From Chrysomallon squamiferum (lineage: Eukaryota > Animalia > Mollusca): a stretch of 64,000 bases of DNA. The stretch spans positions 1,984,001 through 2,048,000 of the forward strand of contig CM022670.1 in assembly GCA_012295275.1 (NCBI GenBank), written 5' to 3'. Shown one piece after another: positions 24,936 through 39,546 of the stretch (its first letter is position 1; each line of letters opens with the position of its first letter). A model generated the notes under the pieces. That model searched no databases and was not told the origin of the DNA. It saw only the letters and a program-made list of their open reading frames with translations. Position numbers and translations under genes: made by a program.

Positions 24936-25426
24936 ATATTTTTAAAATTAATAAATGTTACATTTTTATTTTTACCGTCTTGTGAAATTTTTATAACTGG
25001 GCATGAAGCCATTACAGATATAAAAGTTTTTTGGTTCATACTCCGAGTAATAATTACCAAGCACTTAGTTATTAATCAAGTTTAAGTAGCATGTAAATAA
25101 ACACTCAGCGCTGAACCCGGTTAACAAATTAACAGTAAAGTAGAGTCAGTATTTCTTGAAATTAAATTTCTTTTAATCTGTAATTAAGAACTCATTACTG
25201 ACAAAGAGTATTACATTCATAGTAACTTATCTGATGTTGTAGTCGCCACCGTGTATTTGTTTTTCTGCTGCTGTTGTCGTGGCATGTCTTACTTTGTAAT
25301 GACGAAGAACGTCTTGACTAAAACTTAATTATTATTTAGGTAATCAGCGCCATGAGCTTTCAGCGCTTTACTAATGAATGAAATGACTGCATTAAGATTA
25401 GCTAGGTATTATTTATGTGCATTATG

Positions 25427-25482
<56 letters not shown>

Positions 25483-25750
25483 CCCATGCGCAGTAGTACA
25501 CGTAATCTATTGCAGGAATTTTATGAATTTCGGCCGTCACCCAGTTATTCATCTGACTAATTACACGAATGTTTTCTGTAAAAACAACCTGTCCAGCATC
25601 AAAGCGATTGTGCCAGCTTGCAAATTTAGCGATGATGGAAGATCTTAAGGTTTCGGATCTACGGAGTCGTAAAGGTTAAAGGTCACTGTTCCGATTTTTC
25701 CGGACAGACAGATATTTAAAAAAATATTATAATAATAACATGAAGATATA

Positions 25751-25889
<139 letters not shown>

Positions 25890-25913
25890 AAAAAGCATTA
25901 TTTATTTACTTGT

Positions 25914-25952
<39 letters not shown>

Positions 25953-28917
25953 TTTTGATTGAACAAAACAGACTACTGAGTTATCTTGATATGAATAATT
26001 TTGTTCAGTTAAATATTATATAAATTTGTAAATTACAAATAAATAAATAAAACAAAAATATAAAATAAAATAATAATAATAATATGGAAGAAAAAAAATA
26101 TTATATTTTTATCAATATTATTTTCTTCTAACACGTTTAAATGACGGATATGTTGGTGCACTGAATGATGATTATTCGTTTACGCAATGTATTCCGTTAC
26201 TCATAAATTTGTATACAGACAGCCAAAAAAAAAAAAAAAAAAAAATTATCTCTTTACACATTACACTTAAGTGCAGAATAAAAAAATTAACTGCATCAAA
26301 TAACAATCAGATAAGAAAGTAATCGATATAAGTACACATGACAGTCACGTTTCACTTTCATAAATTACAGATTACTTAAAACTGCTATGAAAGATAATAA
26401 TAATAATAATAGTGTTATTGCTGTTGTTGCTATTGTATATTTGTTATTTATCGGTGAAAGGTATTTGTGAAATTAAGAAATTTTTGTAAGATGATGCTGG
26501 TTTAAGAAATATCAGATTCATTATGACGATGATGATGAAGGATGGGATCATCAGCAATCCTTAGCGTCATCATTCAAATCATCGTCGTTATTAGCAACAT
26601 CACCCTCCTCGACGTCATGATTATCATCATCTACAGCATCATTCCTTGTGGCCAGGCAAAGCACTGAATATGTTTGGAAGTAAACCAAAAGGTTACTGCA
26701 ATGGAAGAAAGGTCGTAAATTACGATAAAAGTCAAATGTTTTCATTCATATTTCGGAAGTCAGAAGAAGATAAACGTATCGTGACAGTTATTCTCGTATA
26801 AGTTTATTTTATCTGCTGTAAATTAGCAATTTAGATAAGTCATGAAAGGTATCAGCGTATCGCTGTTTCAGCTTCGCTGAATGTGTGTGTTATTCTTCTT
26901 CTTCTGTAGTTGAACACGTAAAAAATCCAGAACTCCCAACAAACCGAATTATGATGTGTCTAAAAAATATTTTAAAAAAATATTTAAAAAAAATATATAA
27001 AAAATATAAAAATTACTAAAAAGTTCAATGTTCCAGCTTGCTTGATCTAATCTCTAATCTATAATAATTACTGGAAATAAATCTAAAACAGAGGTTTAGT
27101 TGTGCCTATTTTATCTAGTTTCTAAAGACCGTTGGATAACAATTTGAACATGTAACACGAAACATTCTTGTCATATAAATGGAAAAGCATTTTCCTGTAC
27201 AATACATATATGACGTTCTTACATGTTAATGTAATACAACAAATTCTATAAATATAAAATATCATTACAAAACAAAAACAAAAACAAAATTTAAAAAAGA
27301 GGAAGAAAAAAAAAAAAAAAAAATTTAATAATTAATTACAGCTATTTTAATATAATTTCTTAAAAAGTTAATGTCGATTAGTTTGCAAATAAGTATCACC
27401 TTGAGGGGAAAAGTGCACTTTTAAAAAACAAGGCTATATATATAAATAAATTTTATATATATATATATCCTAATTTCAGACATTTTTTCATATATTTCAA
27501 ACAAGCACCCTTGTGAAAGTCTGGACTGTGTATGAGACATTATATTTTTTTTGCAGGTGATGAAATGATTTAATACAGAAAGCTGCTACGTGATGTTAAA
27601 AGCACAAAGACGTATGAGAAAACTCTCGATTTTTCACTGCTGTTTCCTTTCCTGGTCCGATTTTCTTCAGAGGGGAATAGTTGACTCCTAGTGTGAGGTG
27701 TGTTTACAAGTTCAGAAGGACTGTCATTCATGGAAGATACATATTTTGGTTGTCTTGTCAAGAGCAGTTCAGATTTGAGACAAAGTTTCCGAAGTTGTCA
27801 TCACCTAAGTGTTCTGTCTTTCTTTTATCTATACATGTGACTGTCTTGTTGTGGGTTTTTTTCTCCATCTGTACGTGTTTATCTATCTGTCTGTCAGTCT
27901 GTTTATCTCAATGTCTGTGTTTATTTCTATCTGGATATCTATCTGTTTTTTCTATGTGTATGTCTGAAAATGTCTGTCTTTTTCTATCTATCTTTCTATG
28001 TATCTGTTTGTCTGTTCTTCCGTATAATTTATCTATCTAGTTACCTGTCTACCTATCTTTCTGTTTATTTTATTTTTCATTTTTTTTTTTTTTTTTTTTT
28101 TACTGCTTTCACATTTTTCTCCCTCATTTCCAACAGTTCCATAAAATAAAGACCAATAACATCCATCAACAGAAATGAACAACTTTCTCTCACTTCGTTC
28201 TAAGCTGTAAAGTCAGCTTTAAATTAAAGTTTAAAACAGAAATAAAAAATTCCTGTTACAGGTCACCGCGTTCTCTTTCAATAATTAACATGCAGTAATA
28301 AACTAAATGATATGTAACTTTACTTTCTTTGGCAATAAAGTCTGTCATTTGAATATCCGCTGCATGTGAAAGTATTAGCTTTCTGTGAGCAGTAATATTT
28401 TCAACACGAAGTTTAAACATCGCTATTATTCTAATTGGAAGAAATAAACAAAGCCATAAATAACGGAAATAACCAGACAGGATATAACGTTTTCATGTAG
28501 AAGATTCCAGGTTTCTGAGTACATCTGTCTTATGGTGAACGTATTTTCTAAGGAAGCATGTATTTATTTTATTTTATTTTTTTATTTATTTATTTTATTC
28601 TTATTTTTAATTTTTTTTAAATATTATATTGTATATTTTATAAGAAGGATCCATTTTCTTCAGTGTATTTTAATTTGATCTATTTTTATTATTTTTATAT
28701 ATTGTATTTTATAAGGTCGATAGGAAACTAAATCCAGCTCAAAGGTTGCTAATTCCTTGTTAACGTGTTAGAATGTTAACTCAGCAGTAACACTTTTTAA
28801 CTGCACAGATAATTCCTTCAGAAAAGTTACACAGATTCTTTGAACACTGTTGTAACCATTGTCATATCATCATCATCATTAATATTTTATTATCATTAGT
28901 AGTATTAGTAGTAGTCC

Positions 28918-28955
<38 letters not shown>

Positions 28956-30632
28956 ATAGTAGTGGTGATGGTGATGGTGGTAGTAGTAGTACAAGTATTA
29001 ATATTTTATTATCGTGGTTCCTTCATGTTTATTTTGTTATCACTGCCGTTGTTGTCATTATTACTAATTCACATTTTTTTTCAGTCATCATCATCATCAT
29101 CATCTTCGTATAAAGGGTTTTTTTTGGTTAAGAAATCACTTTACACTAAGATTTACCCGGCTGTTCATGAAAGTTAATCAGAATAAAACATACCACACCA
29201 TCTCCAGCAAGCACTTAAGTTATGTTTTTCGGGAAGTAAATGTTCCCTCTGGTTTTAAATGAGCATGAAATTAAGATACGTGCAGTGATATGTAGCTCGT
29301 GTTTTGAAAACAGGGAGCAAGGCTGGCTTCCTACCCACTGCAGTTCTGATGATCGTGTTTTTAATAAATACTGTAATGATTTAATCGTTTTTATACACGC
29401 ATAATTAATTATAAATACGATGGTGTCGGCCTGATATTCATTTTAGTAAATTTAGTTTAATTATTCAGGCCATTTATTTTTCCGTTTTTCTGGGGGGTTT
29501 TGTTGGGGTTTTTTTTAATAGTTTATCTCAAGATAATACTCCTCCTTGTTATTTAATTAATATTTTTATATATGTGTCGACTTAGCAGAAATCAGTGCAA
29601 AATGAATAAGAAAGGAGACTGAGTTTATCTTTCGTTCAAGTAACCAGTGTCCCTTTGCATATCTTATTTACAGCAACGTAATGGAAAAACCGTGTCGGTT
29701 AATTAGTGATGTTTGGTACACAGCACAGTGAACAGCGACAGCGTTGCTGTTGTTTGTTTTAATCGTTTCACTTTATCTAAATATAACGTTTTGTGAATCT
29801 AAATAAAACGTATTTGTGAATCGCGACGTTTGTGATTTAAACCACGTGTTGTCCTTGGCACAAAAGGTCTTCCGTACTTTTTATTCCCCTTCTTTTTAAG
29901 ATTTAAAAAATAGTTCGTTCAGAAATAACTGAGTTTTATATTGTACTGTACTGCACTATGCTGTGCTGTTATGAACTGCACTATACTCCTATACTGAATT
30001 GTATTCTAATATATTGCATTCTATTGCATTCTATTGCAGTCCATTGCATTGTATTGTATCGTATCGAATTGTTTAGTATGGTTTCTTATCATATTATGTC
30101 ATATATTATATATATATTATATTATATTATATTATATTATATTTATACTGTTAAAAAAATGATATAATACACATTAACGTCGTCTCATTTCCAGAACATC
30201 CAGTGATGTAGAGAAATCTATTATCTGTTAAATTAACACGATTATTTTGACCAACATGACACTGAAGAAAGCTCTGAAGAACTAATTAAGTCTTCATTCT
30301 GACGTCAGGGAAATATGTTTTAACGTTCTAACTGGCGGAAATGTATTTTTTTTTTATACAAAAATAATAAACATCCCGAGACTTTTTATTTTTACTTTTC
30401 AACTACACCTGCCTTTTTTATTTATATAGTAATTTACTTAATTACTTGTTTGCTTACGTATTTACCTTCTTTATTTAGTTAGTTATTTACTTAATTACTT
30501 ATTTATGTATTTATTTACTTACTGACTTGTATATTTATTTATTTGTTTATATATTTACTTACTGGCGTGTTTATTTATTTATTTGTTTATTTATTCACTT
30601 ACTTACTTGTTCCATTACTTACCTACTTTTTT

Positions 30633-30664
<32 letters not shown>

Positions 30665-31431
30665 TTAATTATTTTCATTCTTTTTATCTTTTTTTTTTTT
30701 CTTCTTCTTCTTCTTTTTTTTTTTTTTTTTTATTTCCTGGACTCAGTCGGGTGAATGAAATTAAGCATAACAATGTGCGTTTGAAAACCGAAACTTGTAA
30801 GTCACATTTCATGATGAATCAGTGAATTTTCAAATATAAATCGTCTTTCCAACTGTGGCTGTTTAGTCTAGACGCGAGTACACCTGCTATTCTGTTGAAA
30901 GCAGCAATTCCGTTTTCTCTTCATTTGCGAAAGTAGCAGGTAATTACTTTTGCATTTGGAGTCGCATTTGGCATTCAAAGATATCCGAGATCACGCAGCC
31001 ACAGTGGAAGAGAAAGTACACCGTTTCGATTTAGTTGATCTTTCCGTTCGTCTGTTTTTCTGTTCCGCGACTTCTTGACACACGGTTCATAAATCTCACT
31101 TTTACTGTTTATCAATCATTCAAAAGCTCTTCATTTGTGAATAAGTGTGTGAGTTATTTTAGGATGCTTCTTCTTAAGAAAGAAAGAAAAAGTAAAAAAA
31201 AAAAAAAAAAAAAAAAATCTGCCGATACCAGAACTAATTAGACGTTTAACTATTACAAGTTTTTAATTAAGAAAACAAATGTCAGTTAGTTAACTGGAAA
31301 TGTTATTGTGATCAGCTTACTTGTGAAAGAGAAAAAAATAAATATATATTTCAGTGTAACTGATTTAAATAATGAATATTTAACGAAGCATTTTTTTATT
31401 AACGGTAGATTAGCAGTCAAAAACATGACTG

Positions 31432-31517
<86 letters not shown>

Positions 31518-32239
31518 TGTAACTTCTCACATTCCTCAACAAACATTTTACAACTTTGATACGACTGATACGAACTCAAATTAATTTTTCTATTTGGAGA
31601 ACTGACCGTGCTTCGAATAACATTAATAAATGGGGTAATTTTTTTACAAAAGGCTTGAACTATCAAGGATAAAGTTTGGTGACATTAATTCGTTATTCTG
31701 ATATAATTATATGATAAAAGCAATTAAACATTTGCAAGTTATCTCCTTTCCGGTATTTATTCTTCTTCCTCTGTAATAAACGTTGTTATAGCTACAAAAC
31801 ACTAATAATAGCAATAACAACAGCAGCAGTAGAACAATTCATAGACTTAGTCGTAGTCGTAGAAGTAGCAGTAGCAGTAGTAGTGGTCATTGTTGTTGGA
31901 ATAGTTACAGTGGTTGTGCTGGTAGTAGTGATCGTAATGTTAATAGTAGTAGAACAAAAAAATAGAAGTTGTGGACAGAGTAGTAGTGGTGGTAGTAGTA
32001 GTAGTTGTTGTTGTTGTTGTTGTTTGTTGTTGTTATTGTTTTTGTTGTTGTTGTGGCAGCGGCTTGGTAAAGAGTAAAAGTAGCAATAGTAACAGTCAAA
32101 GCTGCAGCGTAATATTACTCATACACAACAACACAATAGACGTTTTAACTAGTACTGATTGACGTCATTTCTGTTATTAACCAGACACGGCAGCAATGGC
32201 GGTTGTTGTTGATGTTGTTGTTACTGAGGTCATGGCGTT

Positions 32240-32604
32240 CTCGTGCAGGTGTGGGATCCTTCGTCTGTGCGATCTTTCTTTTCGTCAAATGTCTTGTGGA
32301 GTTATTTCAATGGACTCTGTAAGTGACACGACAAAACACGGTGATTATGTTTCAATGGCTGTCTAGAATTTCACCTCCGGCTGCTTCGACAATCTGCTGC
32401 TCGCATGCCACGCGCGTGCCAATAACACGCTTGATGTGCGGCCGCTGAACCGCGTATTTGACCATCACGGTAAGCTGTAACGCTTTTGTTGTGGTTTGGA
32501 AGCGAAAGTAAAATGACAGATTTCGACAAGTCCGTCAGACTTACTAAAACACACTTCAGCCAAATTACTGGACGCTTGCCAGAGGTTATAGGTCAGGACA
32601 AACG

Positions 32605-32635
<31 letters not shown>

Positions 32636-33178
32636 CCTGCCTGAGGTAGCAGAGGATATAAAGGGACAAAAGAATCTTGGATATCTTCTTTCTTTCATCT
32701 GACCAATGTCCAGAAACATCTGGAAGTAGAAATCGAGTACTTGCCGTGGTTGCGGAAGCTATGATTAAAAACGAAAACGCCCGCTGGCTTTTTCGAAATT
32801 CGACACGAAGAGGTGTGAAATTAAACACATCCCGCATGTTCTCAATACGACAAAATGATAGCTGTGGAGATAAACAAATAAACCAGACGACAGACAACAA
32901 ATTCAAAACGATCAAAAAGCAAGCGACTCCATATTCAGCTGCAATATGTAAATTAGTGAATTTAAAATTTAAAAAAAAAAAAATTAAAAGAAAAAAAAAA
33001 ATGAAGTAGATGAAGAAGAAATAGCAGACGATCAAACTTCATGCTGAAAAGAAAGAAAGAAAAAAAAAAAAAAAAGACCTAACAAAAGCAGACGACAACA
33101 ATGAAAATGCAAACAACTGAAATTCAACATTCGTATGTAAATTAGGAAGTTCAAGCAGCGGTTCACACCTGGCGCGTG
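32240..33178. promoter_or_regulatory. Candidate enhancer with Hes/Hairy and proneural E-box motifs
   Basis: Overlapping CTCGTG/GCAGGTG/TGTGGGA at 32240-32256; CACGCGCGTGCCA at 32409-32421; CACCTG plus CGCGTG at 33166-33178, in a locally GC-richer island. Confidence 0.35.
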
Positions 33179-33430
33179 TTTTGTTGATTAAAAATGTATA
33201 AACTCCTCGTAACCTGAATGTGGCAAGTGATTGGTGAACTTGTTAAATATTTATACCATTGACTGTTAAATATTAAATATGTTAAAGAATGACAGTGAAG
33301 AGATGAATGGTGATTAGACGAGAAACCCTGAGCGTTAGAAAAATCACAGCGATTAATTTAAAATACGTTATTTATTTATTGTTACTTATTTTCCTTGATG
33401 AAAAACAGCTTCTATATCTGTATATTTGTA

Positions 33431-33521
<91 letters not shown>

Positions 33522-33688
33522 GTCTCTCTCTCTCTCCTATCTGTATCTCTCTCTCTTTCCTGTCTCTCTCTCTTTCCTATCTGTCTCTCTCTCTCTGTCT
33601 CTCTCTCTGTCATATCTGTATCTCTCTCTCTCTTTCCATCAGACACGCATTCACTCATTCTCTCTCTCTCTCACACACACACACACAG

Positions 33689-33726
<38 letters not shown>

Positions 33727-34672
33727 AGACACTTTTTCGCCCACACAGAGACGGAAAAATCAAATCTGACACACAATTTAGTATCATCCCCTGCACGTAG
33801 GTATAGACTTTGACATAAGCACACTGGAAACGCAATTTAAATTTAATTAAAGACTCAAATAAATAAAACTGCATGCAAATTAGATCGTTTTTTCTTTCGC
33901 AGAAAGGATAAAGTCATTTCCGGAGTTATTTCTGTTCGACATTTGAAATTCCACAGGTGTAAATAATCTTTTGAAATTCTTTGTCTCTGCAAAAAGCTCC
34001 TCCCCCAGCCCGACCGTCTTGGTCTGGGGAGAGAAGACGACGACGTGGGCCTCGATGTTTGCTGGGAAGTGTCTGGATCTCACCCAACTACTACAAAACA
34101 GATCGCGGAATCTGTGAAATTCTAAAGACGCTTTCAGATGTGTATTCTGGGCTTTAAAAATTGCCGACCACTACCACAGCGATTTCATTCGGCCATTATG
34201 AAGCAATAGTTAACCCGTCTTTGTTAGAGAGGTCAACTGAAATGTCACCAGTAATGTAACAATGAGAACGGTGTGTTGTATACTCTGAATACCGTCTCAT
34301 CTTTGTAAGGTGCATATAATGTATTTTTAGGTTTAGATTCAAATTTTAATAGTTTACATCTATCGCGGTTGCAGATATAAATATCACAGTCTTTGATACC
34401 GGGTGAGTTCAGTCTGAGATAGTTAATCTATATGGTCACTGGAGATGTTAAAGCCTGCATATCGTCCTTCTCTCGTGAAAAAAAGTGCGTTACGCATCTA
34501 GCCCATGTTAGCTGCTTGTTGCTTCATAAACACGTTCAGTTGTTAGATTAGCCGAAACATAAAGAACAACAACAAAAAATATTTAAATAAGATAAATAAA
34601 TGCAAACTGACGTATGTTTCCTAACATGATAAACCAAATTGGTAAAATGATAACTGACAAGATTTCATGAAC

Positions 34673-34703
<31 letters not shown>

Positions 34704-36521
34704 GAAAAAATTAAAACCAGAAGAAAACGTAAAAGACAAAAAAGAAGAAGATGAAGAAGAAGAAACAAAGAAATAAGAATAAAAGAAACGAATAAAATAT
34801 AAGTATAAATAATAATAATAATAAATAATAATAATAATAGTAATAATAATAATAGTAATAGTAAAGAAGAAGAAAAACAAGAATGAGAAGATTTCCGTAG
34901 ATGTAACTGTATTTTCATTCAAAAACAGTAAATATATTTAAATTCAAAAATATCACGAAGGCCGCTTTCAAAACTAGTGAATATTAGTCTTATAAAAATA
35001 AACAACTAAATCAATAATTGTTTTAAATAAATGAACTGTAATATAAGTCTCCTTGAAAATAAATTAAAATGAAGATTAAGAATATCTTACAAAATAAAAT
35101 CTAAAAAGAAAAAAGGAAGAAGAAAAAAAAAAGAGAGAAGCTGTTACAACTCTTTGCGATGGCATCAGCACATTGTTCTCGATAAAAGAAAGCAAACATG
35201 TTTGAAAGACGACATTTTCGTTGTTTGCTGTTAAAAGTAGCACCAAACTGCTGCGAGGATTTGAAGGCCGAAATCTCGTCTGAGCTCGCGCCAGAACGAG
35301 ACTTACACCTCTCCGTTAAAATGCGTCCGTGAGATGCGCATTCAACCTGTCCTGCTCGAGCGCGCTCGGTTTGTGAAATGATGTCTGGTGTGGGGGATTT
35401 TACAAATAAAATTTAAGCCGATTATTTGCGGCGCGATAGAACACAAATTTATCCGACCTCTGATTCAATCTGCATAAATCTGTTCTCAAACGCTGCTATT
35501 TAAATAGCAGTGCAGACAAATGTGTTGATCAAATAGAATCATTTTTACGATAATTTTTTTTTTTTTTTTTTTTTTTTAAGAGCTGGTCTTTTTAAAGAAC
35601 GAAAACAAAATTAATAAAAAAAAAAAATAAATAAATTTGTTCAAATAAATAAATAAACGATAATTATAAATAAATAAATAAATAATAAATTTGTTGTCAG
35701 GTCCTGAAAATTACCTGGATTCGCCACTCAGTTGACTCGATGTTGAGTAATGTTGAAATGTTTTGTATTTATTTAAAATATTCATTATTAAATTTATCAT
35801 CATTATCAGCAGCAATGATATCATCACATCGTCATCATTAAATGTATTACTTCTACAACTACTACTACACTATTACTTCTATTACTATTACAACTACTAT
35901 TACAATAGCTACTACTGTTACTACTTTTACAACAACAGTTACTACTACTACTGCTGCTACTACTGCTACTACTACTACTACTACTACTGTTATTATTATT
36001 AGTATTAGTATTATTAGTAGTAGTAGTATTATTATAAAATTATATTACTGAACCAGCAATGATGATGTATGTCATTTGTAACTGAGGAATGTTAGATCGC
36101 ACACAACAGTAACCATAACATATTCGATATCTAATAACACGTATTATTAAAGAATACTGAGGTATTTCTTATGTATGATGATGGTGTATTTGTTCTGTGT
36201 GTGTATATGTATTTATATATAATTCTGTTTGTCTGTGCGTGTGTCAGTATCCAGCCTGCAGATGCTTTTTAACATTACAATAGCTGAAATGGATATTTAA
36301 AAAAATAAATAAATAAATAAACAAATGTAAATTTTAAATATCACAATCAACATCGATCGATACTAAAATTAAATACAGAGGCTCAAAAAAAAAAAGTCAT
36401 TCATCGTAGGCGACCTGGTTGACAAAATATCACTTTCAAGTTAAAAACCGTTTATATTGTACTAATAATAATAAATTAAAAAAACAAACAAAAAAACATG
36501 TAAAACTCGAAACCCGCAGCA

Positions 36522-36804
36522 TGGCACGAGACGTAATGTAAGAGCACGTGCCGGTCTCGTGCTTCTCTTAGCGCGACGTCTGCTCCCTGTCCTTTCATTA
36601 ACTTGTTTTATGAACAGCGTGTACAACTCGGGCAGACAGACAAAAACACGACGTTACACCTACGGGTAGAACAGGTGAGAGCTGTACAAATCACGTGACC
36701 TCGCTCGGCTCTCTCAGTCACGAGAAGAAGATGAAGAAAAAAAAAGCGGCAGGTGCTGGGTCTTCTCCCCCCGCTTCGATCCAAAAGGATGGCGTCCCAC
36801 AATG
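36522..36804. promoter_or_regulatory. Candidate promoter/enhancer: dense bHLH site cluster (Hes N-box/class B plus proneural E-boxes)
   Basis: TGGCACGAG 36522, GCACGTGCC 36544, CTCGTG 36556, CAGGTG 36672, TCACGTGA 36691, CACGAG 36719, GCAGGTG 36749, TCCCACA 36795, all within ~280 bp of CpG-rich sequence. Confidence 0.45.
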
Positions 36805-37809
36805 AAGCGGCTATTAGATATTTGATCAGTGTTTTACACTGGGTCGGGGATTCACTGAAGAATTTTAAAAGGGCGGGTGAGACCGTCTTGTTTGTATCGG
36901 GCTGGCATGCATTAAAGCGGGGGTCAACAGCAGCGGAGGAAAAACGTACACAGAAGATAGGGTCTCTCTTCCACACTAGTACATTCCACCTCTTTGACCG
37001 AAACAGGTCGCCATTGTTTCCCAGTTATTTTAAGAATCGAATCGGACTAGCGCTAGTACGACAAATTACAATAAAATGTTTGTAAAGACTGTTTGCTAAT
37101 TGTTGCATTGCATGCCGGTTAGCGGCGAGATGCGAAGCGAAGCTGCCACTTTTGTTTTCGCACACGTTAAACTCTCCTGTATGAAGAGTCACGAAAATTC
37201 TTTCATTTGAAGAAAACTGAACCTCACCGCCAAAAGAGTTCCGCTTTGTATCAAATCTGGATACTGACAGTTAATGTTGGAAACTATCCAACATTGGGGG
37301 GGTTAAAAAAGAAAAAAAGTAAAACGCTATTTTCAGTTTAACATGTTTTATTTAGTTTAAATTCTTCAAAACATTCACGACATACGACTGGAACTTGATA
37401 GTTTAATATGTACAGGAAGTAAATGTCAACAGAAGGACCAGAAGTATGCTAGAAAGTAAAACGGAGTTTACAAAATTTAAATCAAGACAAGCAGACAAAT
37501 ATTGATTGGATTTTGACATAAAGAAAAATCTCTGGCTACTGCCCATCGCATGGGCTTGTACCTGTGTGGACTCTCAAGGTAAGTGTTTAAATTAAATACG
37601 TAACAGAGGACTGCAGTGTCTCTGTTTCTCTCTTTCGTACCCACTTGCTTTCTGTTCCACATATTACTGCTTCCGTCGTCAGCAGCAAATGAAATAGTAT
37701 AAAACAAATTTATATGTTGCTATAAAACGTAATTATGCTAATTTTATTTTATTTTGTTTTGATTTACTAAATATAAATTGTTGATATGAAAAACATTAAG
37801 GATAAGCTA

Positions 37810-37852
<43 letters not shown>

Positions 37853-37967
37853 TTTCTGAAAAGTAATAGTTTTCATTATCCGCCACCGCTGTTTTATTCT
37901 TTCTATCTTTTTTTTTTTTTTTTTTAATTTTAATTTTATTTTTATTTTGTATTATAATTATTATTAT

Positions 37968-37998
<31 letters not shown>

Positions 37999-39304
37999 GT
38001 TACCAATTCAATTAACAATATGATTTAAAATCATTTGGACATAATCTAATAATATATTACAATTACTGACAACATTCAAAGAGAGAGTTTGAAATAATAA
38101 AATAACTGTACTGAATATAAATATTCGAAGTCATTATTGGATGGGCAGTCTTTGAAACATTGTGATTTCCAAAATACATTACTGCCAACAAAGTATTCTC
38201 CACATAAAACTCACAGTGATTCGTATATATATTGCATACATTTATACATACATACATACATACATACATAATACATACATACATACATACATATACATAC
38301 ACATATACATATATATATATATATATATACACATACATATACATACATACTTACGCAAACATATACACATATACACATTTTATGTATCCTGTATATAACT
38401 GTATCTGCCAATGTCTGTATATTTGTATATGTGTAAGTGCATGTGTTAAGTGCGTTTTTCTCTCTGTGTCCTAGTTTTGAGAAAGGGTCATGAAGTTGCG
38501 CATTTGCAGGATGGAATATACGATTTAGTGTTTAACACGTGCATTTTGTCATTGGCGTGTGCTAACTTTTTTAATTACGTAACTTTTATTTGCAGTTAAA
38601 TTCTTAACTAGTTTAATTTGAATAAAATAAGTAAAATAAATAAACAAATAAATAAAATAAATAAAATAAATAAAATAAATAATAATAATAATATTAATAA
38701 TAATAGGAATAATAACAACAACAACAACAACAACAACATTTAAAATCCAAGACGCAGGTCACTGTTACTAATGCTGTTTCATTAACTTAACAAAAATTAA
38801 AACTAACCCGCATATATATACACAACTGATTTTAAAAACCGCATTTTTTGTAAAAACAACTGATTTATGAGTTTATCAATTTTCACCACTAACTGACCGC
38901 ATTTTTTATTTTATTTTTATTTTTTCATATTTTCTGCCATTAACGGATCGTTGTGCTTAATTGAGACGAAGGCCGTAAAAGGTGTAGAAATGTTTCTATT
39001 ATCAGCCTGTAAGTTGTGCCAAACTGCCAAAACGTTTTTCTTTTTATAGACTGTTCATCCCGATATTACACACATCTGATAATTATTATTATTAACAAAC
39101 CGCTTAAACCACATGGAAGCCTACGTTTATATACAGATGTGTATATTTATACCTACGTACACAAAAACACACACATATACATACATAATATATATACATA
39201 CGTATATGCATTTATGAGTAAATACATACATACATGCTTTCATGCATAAATACATGCATATTTCTGTTTCTTCATCCTTTTATCCATCCATCTATGTATA
39301 TGTC

Positions 39305-39363
<59 letters not shown>

Positions 39364-39511
39364 ACCTCTCTGTGTCCACAATGGTAACCATGTTGTGTCA
39401 CTGTGTTGAACGTTTAGAAAAAACTTTAATTTGGAGTAACCCACCACACACAGTGACGTAAACATTTATGTAAACACCGATGTAAACACTGATGTAAACA
39501 AAAATAAACAG

Positions 39512-39546
<35 letters not shown>

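Noticed and set aside
26551-26745. Asp-rich minus-strand ORF
   Set aside because: Decayed (GAT/CAT)n trinucleotide tract; no domain or splice support.
27557-28040. Strong-looking acceptor at ~27556 and nearby ORFs
   Set aside because: No recognisable protein or partner exons; runs into (TCTG/TCTA)n low complexity.
32465-33813. ORFs of 84-168 aa on both strands
   Set aside because: They span poly-A and CT/CA microsatellites and have no protein-like motif.
33997-34032. GC-rich hairpin CCCCA..GACC/GGTC..TGGGG
   Set aside because: Short, bulged stem; too weak to call a miRNA or structured RNA.
36608-37085. 122-aa and 110-aa ORFs in the GC-rich island
   Set aside because: Expected by chance at higher GC; no domain; better explained as regulatory or UTR sequence.
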